64,000 nucleotides of DNA from positions 329,673-393,672 of the forward strand of contig JAHLWZ010000004.1 of the NCBI GenBank assembly GCA_020536535.1, given 5' to 3'. A program made the translations under genes and the position numbers. The notes beneath the pieces are model-generated. The model was not told where the DNA came from. It saw only the letters and a list, made by a program, of their open reading frames with translations, and made no database searches. How positions within the stretch are numbered: the first letter of the stretch is position 1; each line of letters opens with the position of its first letter. Positions 24,310 through 35,772 of this stretch are shown in pieces. The DNA is from Pelomyxa schiedti (Eukaryota > Protista > Evosea).

Positions 24310-26662
24310 GTGACTCCAGAACTTTTCAGGGCTCTGAGAAACTCGCCACAACTTGAGAGAACTCGGCGGAAGAAAAGGAGGAGATTTGATTTCAATTCAA
24401 TTGAAGACCATTATCGCCCCAAAATGAGCAACAGTGATCTGCCGGCCGATGTACTGGAAGCGGTGAACAACTTGGTCGGCGACAGGGACATGGACGTGTC
24501 TTTCCTGCCAGCATTATGGGATATGGCGTGCCACGACAAAGCCACGCTTTTGAATTTTGTTGTATGTTTTTTTTTGTTTGTCGTCTCTTTGGGTTGGTGC
24601 ATTTTCCACCGTATTTATCGCTCACAACAACAGAGGCAACAACTCCCCGACGACAACGAGGCGACTACTAGCCCTCCCGAGATTCCTCCCACAATCACGC
24701 CGCCGACACCCGCCGCTCCACAATATCCTACCTCCCTCGGTGGCTCTGTCGTTTCGAACTCCGCGTTTTCCGGAGTCAGGTCCCCGATGCGTTCCTTCAA
24801 TCAACAAACAGCCAGGGTCGCCACGCCGACGAAAAGCAGCAGCCCAACTGTTGCGTGCTCTACTTTCACCGAACCTCCGCCGAAATCTCTGGAACAGCAG
24901 ATTGATGAACTGGGGGAGCACATACTGAAGAATCACGTGACTGGGGAGCTGGGTGATTTCGATTCTCGACTGGACAAAGTTCTCATTGGCCCGAAAGTTA
25001 CCGCTTCAACTACCCAGACCGTGAAGATAAACACGCTTGGAAACAGTCATATGTCTTTGCTTGGATTTGCAGTGATCAGGAGTGATGAGATTCTCATAGA
25101 ACGCCTGGTGAAAAGGGGTGCCAAAGTCGATTCCAATGTGCTAAACTTCCCCCTTATTTTCCTTCCAATCAAATTTGGTAAGTCCTGTCCTCATTCTTTT
25201 CTTACCGACTTATCATTCACGCAGCCGGGAATACACAAATTCAGGAATACACTTTCTCATGTATGTGCTTAACAGCAAAGCAGAGAGAAAAGATTGTGGT
25301 TAGGTCAAGGATAAATGCACCTTTGATGCTGAGGTATACCGAATTGCTAATTTCCCGCCTGGGTAACCAAATATCAGGCTATTACTGAGATTGGGAGCTT
25401 CCCCTGAAGTTGTGGATGAAGAGAATGTACCCGTAATGCATCGCGTAAAGGATTCCTTCCAAATGTGCTATTGGGTGCAGCGTTCTCTCGATAAACAAAT
25501 GTGGTTAAAATTACACTCCAACTCTTGTTACTGATACAAACCAGTCACTCCCCAAAAATGACCAAGTACTATGTTGAGGCACGTGCTCCTGAACTTGGTA
25601 GTATATTCTTCTCGCTCGTTGGGCAGCAGATTGCTGTTGACTTTTTGGAGAAGAAAATTATGTACAAGCTTGTTACAAACCCTCGTTGGATACGGAAGCC
25701 ACTGGTTGCATTCTTAGCTGGCCCACCTGGAGCGGGCAAGAGTCAATTGGCAGAAGATGTTGCAAAAGCTGTTTCACCAGGTCATTGGTTTAAAGACGTG
25801 TTCTCAAGTGTTGATGGGGGCATGGTTCACTCTCACTTGTTTGGTGCCGAGAGAGGATATATTGGAAGTGACAGTGCGCCACCTCTTGCAAAGTTCATAC
25901 GGGAACACAATGGACAGAGAGCAGTGGTTGTTTTGGAAGAATTTGAGAAGCTAGATACTGAGGCCTTGAGAGCTCTGCTGGTACCATTTGAAACTGGAGA
26001 GTGGCCAGTGCACTCTACAGGAGGACGGAGTGGTGAGGAAGGCTCACATATGGATGTATCCAAATTCGTGTTCCTATTGACCTCGAATTTGAGGAATTCT
26101 GATATCATTGACTGGTGCGCGAGATCAGATGTTCTACGAGTACGATTTACGCAGTAACTTTCTGTCATTGACAGCTCTAATAGTTGTACAATGATGCCAT
26201 TGAGCTTGAAGAAAGACAGAGAATGATGAAGAAGGTTGCTTCGAGTGTCTTCGATATTATCAGTGAGCATTACAAGCGGACGTCAGTCAAAGAATTCACT
26301 CGCAGAATTGATATTGTACTCCACACTCTCTCAATTTCTCAACTTACTAGAAGTGCAGGTTGTCCCATTTCTGACACTAAGTGACACAGAGAAAGTAGTA
26401 TTAGTGGAGCATTTGCAAACGTTGCGAGCAGCCAGGTAATCCAATTAAAAACAAAAAAGATGCACTCAACCAAAACAACAGATTCCTGGAGGAACCAAGG
26501 GGTGATCAACTTTGGGGAGATGTAGAGATAAACTACACCCCACAATTTACGCAGTGGGTCATCAACAAATATGATCAACTGGATGGTGCAAGCTCATTCC
26601 TCAGAGTTTTAGATGACTCCATGTCCGATGTACCTCCCGTTACATCCCAAAACAAAACTTAG
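24310..26662 (+). CDS. CLPB/Skd3-like protein: N-terminal hydrophobic anchor, ankyrin repeats, single Clp/Hsp100 D2-type AAA+ domain and C-terminal Clp D2-small domain; multi-exon
   Basis: The N-terminal exon carries the TM-like segment LLNFVVCFFLFVVSLGWCIF and a Pro-rich linker. Ankyrin fragments are ..LLGFAVIRSDEILIERLVKRGAKVDSNV.. and ..LLRLGASPEVVDEENV... The AAA+ exon has Walker A FLAGPPGAGKSQLAEDVAKA, ..LFGAERGYIGSDSAPPLAKFI.., and Walker B RAVVVLEEFEKLDTEALRALL..FLLTSNL. Then ..FTRRIDI | VVPFLTLSDTEKVVLVEHLQTLRAA (43-nt intron) and ..VEINYTPQFTQWVINKYDQLDGASSFLRVLDD.. match the ClpB D2 C-terminal motifs. Confidence 0.65.
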
Positions 26663-26999
26663 ATAGCGATTCCCGCGAAATCACTCAAAAAACACCCAGG
26701 TATTTGACCAGATACGCTCATCCCAAGTACCTCCTCCACAAGTGTGGTTGCATACAGTGGATGGTGTACAGTGCTGCTACAAACACCCGCCTCCTCCTGA
26801 TGACCCTCCCCCATCTGAATGTACTACTCAGTCATCATCTCCACATGATACTGATAATACTAATTCATAGCGGACTACCCCTATATAGCTTCACACCTCT
26901 CTTTTGAAAAAACCCAATCCACTTTGCAAAGAGCAAAGTGCCAAACACAAAGGAAAAGAGAAGAAAAATTTTGTTTTTTTGGCAACTTGTGTGTTATAG

Positions 27000-27960
27000 A
27001 AGGCGCTCGAGGTCGGCAACACCATCAACAAAAGTAACAACTAAGAGGAAATAAGAGTGGTGATTTGAGAAGGAGGATTTACAATGTAGGATTTCAGGTT
27101 CCACTGCGAGAGTCTCCATTAAGTTCTGCATAATTTTTTCCCATGGGTCTCTCCACACAAAAATTCGGGGTGGTGTGCTATTGTTACTTCTAGATAGATG
27201 TGCTTCATTCCACACTGTCACCAATTCCTGCAAGGTTCCAAGACTACCTGGATTTATGCTTCTATTATTTGTAGCCAAAAAGAGGGTATGGCAACACACC
27301 AGGGAGTACAACAAAGGTAGCAGAGGAGGAAACAAGCTTCTCAATGCGGGAAATCAACGAGGGGGTGTCAATAACACCGGTTAGAGATGAGTTGGCCCCG
27401 CCCATCTTGTGTCTCTGTAAAAATAGACTGGGAACAACAATGCCTTTTTGTGGTATTTATTGTAGCGTCAAAAAAAGTACAAACACGAAAGGAAATTCTT
27501 ACCAAAAGAAGAACCTCCAACGGCCTTTGCACCAATAGCCGTCGCTTCCATAGAGCCCATGTATCCTCCATTAACGACAGCAAAACCCTTGTTGGCAATG
27601 ACCTTTCCAACAGCAATATCCTCATCCCATATTGGCGTGCCTACGCGGTGCCCAGATCTGTGCACATCGTAATTACGAGTGAACGGACGGGAGATCTACG
27701 GTGATAACAACAAACTAGTGTGTCTACACACCCTCCAAAAACGGTCACGCAACGAGATCTCTTAATAACGTAAGGGAACCAATGAATAGAGTGCAACCAA
27801 CCTCGGGCATAGTCGGTGGTGTAGACATGGTGCTGGCCTGTTGGTACCGAACGAGAATCGAATTGATTTTGACGAATGATGGTTTCCTGAGGCAGAATGC
27901 CTTGGCAGGAATGATGGTCTCCGAGAGAGCCATTTCACTGCGAGTTCTACTGAGAGGTTC
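27000..27960 (-). CDS. LOG/SLOG-family (TIGR00730-like) Rossmann-fold protein, multi-exon
   Basis: Exons encode ..DEDIAVGKVIANKGFAVVNGGYMGSMEATAIGAKAVGGSSFG.. (compare LOG ..LVYGGGSIGLMGLVSQAV..GG.VIGVIP) and ..PGSLGTLQELVTVWNEAHL.. (compare [20 protein letters not shown]). The start and exon boundaries are uncertain. Confidence 0.45.
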
Positions 27961-30900
27961 TCAATAACAGGTTCGGCTCTTTGACTGGAATTGATCGCTT
28001 CCAAAACTTGGAATGAGTGCCTCCACCAGCAAGGCGGTGTCTAGAAAGACGCCTATGAAAGCAGGGAAATCTGCTTTTGCTAGGAAAGAGGAGAGGGCTG
28101 CCAAACTCAAGTCGTTTGCAGGGGAGGCTGTTTCCATGTGCGCTCTCAAGGTGATGAACCGCGTCCTTGTTGTTTTGAACGTTCAAGTTTCTTTTTTTCC
28201 CCTTTCTCTCTTTTGCTGATATGGGCGCGCAGTGCTTTCGCTATTTTGAAATGTACGCTCGAGGAAAAGAGGAAGTGATTGTTTTTGTTAAGGGGAGTCC
28301 ATCCAGGTAAGTGCTGAAACTTTCAGACGATGGCATCTTGATCTTATATAAATGCTTTAAGGTTGCCATTAACAAAAGTTCAAGACCCTATTCTTATTCT
28401 TCCTCCAGAGACCCCTATTACCAGCGAACCCACACATGTAAGTGTAATTTCCTACTGGTAATAGTAACCTGGAGCTTTAGATCACGCAGAGCTCTGACAG
28501 AGTAACTTTTTTGATTGGTTCTTATTCGAATCATGAATTGCCATATGTTTGGGTGTGCCTGCACTTTCCCTTTGATTGCTCTACTTTTCCTCCATTGAAC
28601 TCAATTTATTTTTTCTTTTCCAATTCCGCACACCACAAATTCTCTAGGTAATACTGCAGCTAACAAATGTCAGTGTAGGAGCTCTGTGGGGGATTTTGTG
28701 GGGGATGACACACCTATAGAGTTAGGAACTATCGAAGACTGGGATTGTGAAGGCATTCCTGAACGGCGTTGCAGCCGAAAATGACTAACATGTGAACTAG
28801 ATATATATGTTGTGGACGTCATTGAAGAACTTGTAACACTTGTATACTCAACACCCCACACCAACGCGCTTATTAGTTCAAATGTATACATACCACCACC
28901 ACCGGAAAATGTCTTTGAGGTTGACATTGATGCACTCAAACAACTTCCAAAGAAAGAGCAACTTTTGATATCTGGTGCTCTTCTGCACTTCCTAAAAGAC
29001 CTCTACCTCGAGACTCTCTCCAAAGGTTGTAAACCCACCCACCCAATCACAAGTGTTAACATACAAAAGAAGTGCTGCCACTTATTCAAAATGACATTGC
29101 TGCTTTGAGTGAGTTGCATTTCACTTTACTAGGGCAGGTCTTTGCTGAAGGTGAGTAGACAAAACCATGGCTGTATCACCCGGGCCTAAGTAGTAATGAA
29201 CTTCCTGTTATGGCTTCCACACAAATAATTTTACCCTTGCCTCGTTTGTGTCTGAAAACACCTTTGCATCGTTGGTAAAAAGAACAATACAACAATTCAA
29301 TTTTGTGGAAAAAAGGGGAGGCACATTGGCATGAGTAAATAATTCAATTTGCTGACACTTCATCGTCTGGAAAACCCTCATGATGTGAGGTCCCACGGTT
29401 ACTGTGTTCATTGGGAATGTGCCCACCTCGTTGAGTGTAGATCACTCTACAAGATGCACAGACGAGATCCCAGAACCAGTAGGTCCTTCTTGAAAACCCC
29501 CTTTCGAACCAGATAATTGAATTATTTACTCACAGGCAGAAGGGGACATTGGCAACAACATGGTTTTTTTCTTTGTCAAACGGTCTTTCTAAGAAAAAAA
29601 CTGAATTGTTTTCTGAAAACCCCTTCAATAGGCAGCTCAACGATGATGAGCATGTCCGGCTCGGAGACTTAAACCAGTAACTAGAAGAAGATTAAAAAGA
29701 GGTCACGTAAACTCGTTGCACAATTTAGAGTCTACGCCACCGACAAGGGTGCAGTTTACTCTCTATTTTTTTTTTTTCGTACAGCATTTTAAAAATACAG
29801 ATAGAATACGGCACGCAATCTCGACAATGTCTAGTAGCCAAACGTCATCATCATCGTCAGGAATAACTACGTCGACTACTTCTACGACTACAACAACTAC
29901 TACAACACGACGCGAAAAAACACATCGACCGACGCATCAAAAGTTGACCAAAAAGGCTGATAGCGCGCGTGAAGAGGCTGTAAGTTCAAGTCACAGCTCA
30001 CGCCGCAGCTCCAAGCAAATCCAAGATTCCAGTTCTAGGTCAATTGCGCTGGAAGCTTCTCTTTCTCTAACGTAGCTCTAGTGTTGGCTCCAGTGGTGAT
30101 CAGAATCCACCAGCAACAAAGCTTGGCCTTAGACTATGGGAGAAAAAACAAGAAAAGAAAGCAGAAAAGAAAAAAGCACAGGTCAGCCAGGAGGGTGGCC
30201 CAGTCAGTTGCATTATCCAATCAGCACCCACAAATGATACCACTGCAGCACTCACAGCACAGCAGTCAGCAGAGTGTGGCCTCGCCGCCTCCATACCTGT
30301 CAATAGCGCTTCAACAATACAACAGGGAGTCCACCAGCTACTGAGCTTATTAGGAACTGATCGGGTGATGTTTAACGATGTAGTCAATAGCCTGATTGAT
30401 GCGGCTAGAGAACAAGGAGAACCACCTCCACTCCATCCCCTTCCACCTCCTATTGATCCACGTACATCATCTGCTACAACTTCAGCAATTCTAAAAACCC
30501 TCAAGTCAAAAACCTTTCCACCTTCTGGGTTTGCCAAAAAAGCCTCCCATCTGCCAGAGGGTTTACATGCGCATTTCCCAGCAACCAAAACAGACCTCAC
30601 TGTACATCTATATACAGACGTTTTTTACAGCTTCATGCAAAAACCTACATTGTCACGGGAAGGTCCACATATGCACTGCCTACTTAGTGATAACTTTTTT
30701 TAGACTACGAATTTACTTCCCTCATGATTGAAGCGATGTCTATGCCCCATCAGTCCGAATCTTCCCGAAGAGATACATTCAATCTCCTTCTGTCAAAGTT
30801 CTTGAAGCGCACCTGTGCTCCAAAAAAGATCGGCGAACACTCTTCTTCATCAACTGACGGCTCATTTTCTACATCCTGTCATGGCAAAGAGACATTTTTA

Positions 30901-31204
30901 CTCATACAGGAATCTAAAAAAGATAAAGGACATGGTGAGAGTCAACAAATTAGCAAAATTTACAACCTTTTCAGGAGGTGCCAACAGCCTACTTGAAGTC
31001 ATTGCATATTATATCCAAAACCTGGATTCAGACCTATGTGAAAACTCATGTTGCCCTTGCCTTTTACTAGAGGTTTTTGGAGCGACGCTGTTTATCAGTG
31101 GAGCCTGCTTTGGTGAATGTTTGTATCCATTCTTTTGTGGCGATCAATATTGATGCTATCTTTTAGATGGAGTCATTGTTGATCCACTGTGTTCCCCTAT
31201 AAAC

Positions 31205-32035
31205 ATGGTCTTCATGCAAAGCAAAAATATGATGATGGAGGTGGCCAATGCTTTTGTAGCTCTCCGTACTTGTACTTTGGCACTGGAGCAACATTATTTG
31301 CGATTGGAAACTCCCCACTTCAACCTTGTTCAACCTCGATTTCCTTTCATAAATTCCTTTGAGGATCTTGACACACACAAACAGGTTTTTTCCTATTTTA
31401 AAATTTTCTCCAACACACAACCAGTTCGCTGTCACATATTTGAAGCGCTTATACCCAGGAAAGGCAAAACCAATTTTTTTGGTGCAGAAAACGTCAGAAA
31501 GAACCAAATTGATAATCAAGTTTGCAGAGAGATATTGTTTAGAGGCACACAGGTGTGAGATTCCTACAACTGGCACATAAATAAACCCTTCCACAGGGAT
31601 TTGGCTGCGAGTGGAGCAGCACCAAAAGTGCTGGCTTTTGCTGAGATAAATCCTGTATGGAAGGTTATTGTCATGGAGTACCTTGAGATGCAACCAATCA
31701 GCAACAAAGCTGTATGTACCACAATCAACAATCTTTTTTTTTTAATTGCTAATTGGAGACAGCAAGCAAAAGAACAACTGTTGGTTGCAATGACCAACTT
31801 TCACAAGCACTTTGTTCATGGGGACTTGCGGGAAGCAAATATTCTTCCCTGTGGCACCAAATATGCCGTTATGGATTTTGATTGGGCTGGCCCACAAGGA
31901 GTGGCAAACTACCCCCCTTTTATGAACCACAATAGTATATCCTGGCCCACAGGTGCTGAAGAAGGCAAGCCGATAACAATGGAACACGACCATTTCTGGC
32001 TAGCTGCGCTTTTTGCCACCCACTGTTGCACCTAG
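31205..32035 (+). CDS. Protein-kinase-like fold enzyme (APH/choline-kinase-type catalytic motifs); 3' exons of a longer gene that probably starts near 29827 with a Ser/Thr-rich N-terminus
   Basis: Exons encode ..KPIFLVQKTSERTKLIIKFAERYCLEAHR | ..LAASGAAPKVLAFAEINPVWKVIVMEYLEMQPISNKA | QAKEQLLVAMTNFHKHFVHGDLREANILPCGTKYAVMDFDWAGPQ... HGDLREANIL and DFDWAG correspond to the catalytic loop and the DFG-equivalent motif of the APH/ChoK family. One 51-nt GTATGT..AG intron is present. Confidence 0.5.
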
Positions 32036-32210
32036 AGGGTTCTGGGCAAAGAGTCAAACAAAAATCCCTACTAGTTCTCTGGCATAGTACAAAAAAGGGT
32101 TTGTGGAACTTGAGAATTCGTGATTCAACAACAAGAACGCCGTAAACGGAGTTCGTTTGTGTGGCTAATACGAAAAAAAAAAAAAAGAAGTTGAAACTTG
32201 AAACAGGTCG

Positions 32211-34679
32211 TTGTGTGACATCCCAATGTCCCTTGTATATTATCCGGTGAGTCCGAAACAGTTAGAGATCCTCAGGATCGTCTCTATCTCACGAGTCCTG
32301 TGGCAGCACGTCATCCCCCGCGCCCTCGCGCCCCCTCCCATAATCAGCAAAACTCCCCCACGGCTGCTCGTCCCCACCCTGATCTACCCCGCGATCGCGG
32401 ATGCGGCCTCCCCCAGCGCCGCCGCCGCGCAAGTTGCCGCCGCCGCAAACAACACCGAGTGCGGGTGCGTGTCCCCGCACGCCGGAGATTGCCAGCCGTC
32501 GACATGCGACCCAAGCCCCGCGCTGGACGCGTACCACCGCGTCCTCGTGTGCGCCGGCGAGGCCCTGTTCCCGCTGCGAACCGTGTGCCTCCGCGCGCTA
32601 TTGGACGTCCTGTCTCGCGAGAACTTCTTCCCGCACGAGCAGGCGTTGATGTCTTTCGCGAGGAACGGGGCGCTGGCGATGGCCAAGGCGCTGATGGCGG
32701 AGTGGTACAGGTTGGCCCCCCCGCCTTCGCTTGCTCCTTCTTCGGTGAGAGTGTGCTCCGCCGCGGCTGCTGCTAGTGCTTGCGGCGATGCTAACGCCGA
32801 CACTATTGTGCTTATGCCGGCGCCGCCGCCGTGGTGCTATTCCTTTGGTGTCACGCCGTCGGTTGCAAAGGCTTTCGTTGTTAACTTGCTTGCGGCAAGT
32901 TGCCAAGCTGGGAGCGTTCCGTTTTCTGAATGGGTCATGTCCCTTCATGCAGATATGATTCCTCGCGCTGACCTTGTACAAATATTTAAGACTGCTGTTG
33001 CCTACCCAGAAATTTTGGATCTGTTGTGGGAGGAATTTTCCCCCTCATTGACATTGAAAGAAACTTTTGGAAACGCTGGGGCAGCAGGCACAGTTCTTCT
33101 GCAAAATATTGCAATCACACGAATTAATACTGTAAAATGGCTGTTATCTCATTTTGACATACCACTGCTCGAGATCCGCAAAGATCCTTCTTTCTCTTCG
33201 TATTTCACTCAATGTGCCCCTAGGCCGGATAGTGCCGCGTCCCTGCATTGGCTGATTGCCACATTCTGCACTAACCGCGATGTCGATGAATCAAACCTTC
33301 TGTCAGAAGCTTTGAAATGCGCTTGTCGTGGTGGAAATGTAACTTCTACAGAGATTATTATGTCTTTTCTATCAGCTGAAGCTGTACGTAAACTACCAAA
33401 ACACGACTGGGATGCAAAGTGCATTATCTGGGTATGTGAAAAAATCGGAGAGCCACTCCCCAGATCCGTTTTTGAGAAAAGCTGCTTGTTGGATAATGTT
33501 CCACTTGTTCAATCACTAGCAGTGATGCTGGCTATAACACCGCTGGAAGTAAGAGCAGAGAGACATCGGTTACTTATGTTAGTCCTTGGTTCAAAGAAAT
33601 TCCAGGTAGCTCAGTGGCTGCTTGATTACTATGGTATCATGAGAGGACAAGCGCCCTACGTACTGCGCCTAGTCTGCGGGGCGGGGAACGTCGATTTTGC
33701 ACAGTGGGTGACTACAAGGTTTAACTTCTCACGACGCGTGGTGCAGAACAACAAAAACCGTATCCTGCGGGCGTGTTGCCGTGACGGCCTTGCACCTATG
33801 GTTAAGTGGCTCGTTGTTCAATTTGCACTTACCATTCAAGATGCCCGAAGCTGTGACAATGGAGCCTTCAGGGCATGCATCGAAAGTGGACAGCTTCCTT
33901 TAGTGCAATGGTTAACAGACCACTTTAACCTAACGCCTGATGACGCGAGGAGCCGAAATAACTATGCCCTCTGGGTGGCCTCCTGGTGGAACCGCCTTGA
34001 TATTGTCAAGTGGCTTGTGGAGCGCTTCAATCTCACGGCAGAGGATGTCACTCAGTGCAAGAGTGGGCGTTCTGCTTTGTACAGTGTCCCGATTGATACC
34101 TGGCTGCAAGAAAAACTCAACATGGCTTCGGGCGCGCAAGTAGCAGCCGACTATTCCTTAGCTTTTCCAACTGCCGTTCAAGTGGCTGGGGCCCAATGGG
34201 CCGAAATCAGCAACTCGCTACTGACGAACTCCGGCAAGATGGGAGACGCCCAGCTGAGCGCGCTCCTAAACGGAGGTTACCGCCCATCAGTCGTCAAGTG
34301 GCTGATTCAAAGGACCGGCCTTGTAGAGCGATTCGCCGCCGCTACCGGCGAATTCCAGCCCGTTACGCAGCTAATACTCACTTCGTGGCACCCAAGCCTC
34401 GACCAACCGCGCTGGCTTGTTCTGCGGCTAGGAATTCAGCCCGGAGACCCGCGGATACCCGTTCCGACGTTACTCCGCGGCGCGGTTGGCAACAACAACT
34501 GGGGCGCTATGAAGTGGCTATGCGAGTGGTTCACTGTCCCTGTGGAGCAGGTGCAGGCTGCCATTGACCAGCACGCGAGGCAGTTCGGGTCCTGGAATTC
34601 CAAGGAACGCCAGGAGTTCCAACAATGGTACTACCAGAAAATGGGCGTCTCTCCACCCTCAAAGTGTTGTTTGCAATAG
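32211..34679 (+). CDS. Intronless 822-aa protein made of divergent ankyrin-like ~33-35-aa repeats
   Basis: A single uninterrupted ORF. The recurring unit is A.R.AC..G.L..V.WL...F.LT..D.RS.NN.A, for example NNYALWVASWWNRLDIVKWLVERFNLTAEDV, ACIESGQLPLVQWLTDHFNLTPDDARS, APMVKWLVVQFALTIQDARS and VAQWLLDYYGI. This aligns to the ankyrin consensus (x-L-x-x-A-x-x-G-x-L-x-V-V-x-x-L-L). The 5' 600 nt are GC-rich with Ala/Pro runs. Confidence 0.6.
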   Translation: MCDIPMSLVYYPVSPKQLEILRIVSISRVLWQHVIPRALAPPPIISKTPPRLLVPTLIYPAIADAASPSAAAAQVAAAANNTECGCVSPHAGDCQPSTCDPSPALDAYHRVLVCAGEALFPLRTVCLRALLDVLSRENFFPHEQALMSFARNGALAMAKALMAEWYRLAPPPSLAPSSVRVCSAAAAASACGDANADTIVLMPAPPPWCYSFGVTPSVAKAFVVNLLAASCQAGSVPFSEWVMSLHADMIPRADLVQIFKTAVAYPEILDLLWEEFSPSLTLKETFGNAGAAGTVLLQNIAITRINTVKWLLSHFDIPLLEIRKDPSFSSYFTQCAPRPDSAASLHWLIATFCTNRDVDESNLLSEALKCACRGGNVTSTEIIMSFLSAEAVRKLPKHDWDAKCIIWVCEKIGEPLPRSVFEKSCLLDNVPLVQSLAVMLAITPLEVRAERHRLLMLVLGSKKFQVAQWLLDYYGIMRGQAPYVLRLVCGAGNVDFAQWVTTRFNFSRRVVQNNKNRILRACCRDGLAPMVKWLVVQFALTIQDARSCDNGAFRACIESGQLPLVQWLTDHFNLTPDDARSRNNYALWVASWWNRLDIVKWLVERFNLTAEDVTQCKSGRSALYSVPIDTWLQEKLNMASGAQVAADYSLAFPTAVQVAGAQWAEISNSLLTNSGKMGDAQLSALLNGGYRPSVVKWLIQRTGLVERFAAATGEFQPVTQLILTSWHPSLDQPRWLVLRLGIQPGDPRIPVPTLLRGAVGNNNWGAMKWLCEWFTVPVEQVQAAIDQHARQFGSWNSKERQEFQQWYYQKMGVSPPSKCCLQ

Positions 34680-35772
34680 AAATAAATAAAAAAACCAGGA
34701 CAGTGTTCGCGGAACGCATAAGATTCCATCAAAAAGAACATAAACCCAACAATGGCACAAGTTGGCGCTTTGACGGGAGCTATTCCGTTGGCCCTGTTGG
34801 TGCGACGTGTAGATGGTGGGTCGATTTGCTAACCAATAGAACAAACAACGATCCCTAATGTTGGTTGGAAATTAGAACTGTGTGCTGCAGGCTGTAACAT
34901 CGTTGTGGTGTCAATTGCTCCAACTGGTACAGATGAGTCCAGGCACCCATTGGTCCAGTCTGTGACACTGGTGGGTCAGGTTCTGAGTGATCTCGGGCAA
35001 GTTGCTAAGGCTCGGCGGGCGTATTTGTGCCTGTCATTCGACGAAATCAGTGGGTATTCCACTACCAGAGGTAATTTTTGTGACATTCTATCTTTGCCCT
35101 TTGTATGTTTTTTTACATAAAACAGTGTTACCTAAGAGCTGTGTGATATTGGGACCATCTGGAGCTGTTTGTGCACATAGGATTCTCAGCACAAATGTAT
35201 GTCTATTAATACTATTTGACCGTCAGTGGATTTTATCAACATAATTACTTTCACAGACAGAGTTTGGAGGTGAACGACTCAAAAAAGATTTCATAGACAC
35301 AGAGTATGGGCGTATTGCTATAGCAGCTCACTGTGATCTTCTAGAGGTGGATGCAACATATGATCATCTTGGAGTGTGGCTCGTTCTCGCGCCCGTGCAG
35401 TACAGTCGGTCTGACCCAGGTCATTCAAATTACATCCTCGCGAGCTTACTAAATCCTGTGATGAAGAGGAATCAAATTTGTATGAAGAACACTTGCGCAA
35501 TTCCTTGTCATCCCAAGGGTTCTTTGTTGTGGAAGCAAATTCGGGGGGGTCGACTACTGTTTACAATCCCGGAGGGACGATTCTCACCAGCTTAAATGAC
35601 AAGAACTTTATTACAACAGTTAACTCGTCATCCATTAGTCGTATTCATGACTTAAACAGATACCAGCAGCCACAGTACACAAATCTCACTATCTCTCTGG
35701 TTTTCGCCTTCCGAAAATTACAAATTCGCAGGTAATGGCCAACTTCCTGAAAGATGTGAGTCATTACTTTAG

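Noticed and set aside
32289-32981. Antisense and alternate-frame ORFs inside the GC-rich 5' part of the ankyrin-like gene (32289..32537 minus, 32300..32776 plus, 32384..32803 minus, 32401..32649 plus, 32598..32981 minus)
   Set aside because: Their Arg/Ala/Pro-rich translations are typical of an open frame in high-GC DNA. The 822-aa plus-strand ORF explains the region.
35735-35772. ATG MANFLKD followed by GTGAGT as exon 1 of the nitrilase-like gene
   Set aside because: It would require a 17-nt intron, which is implausibly short even for this genome (observed minimum about 42 nt). The true 5' exon remains unidentified.
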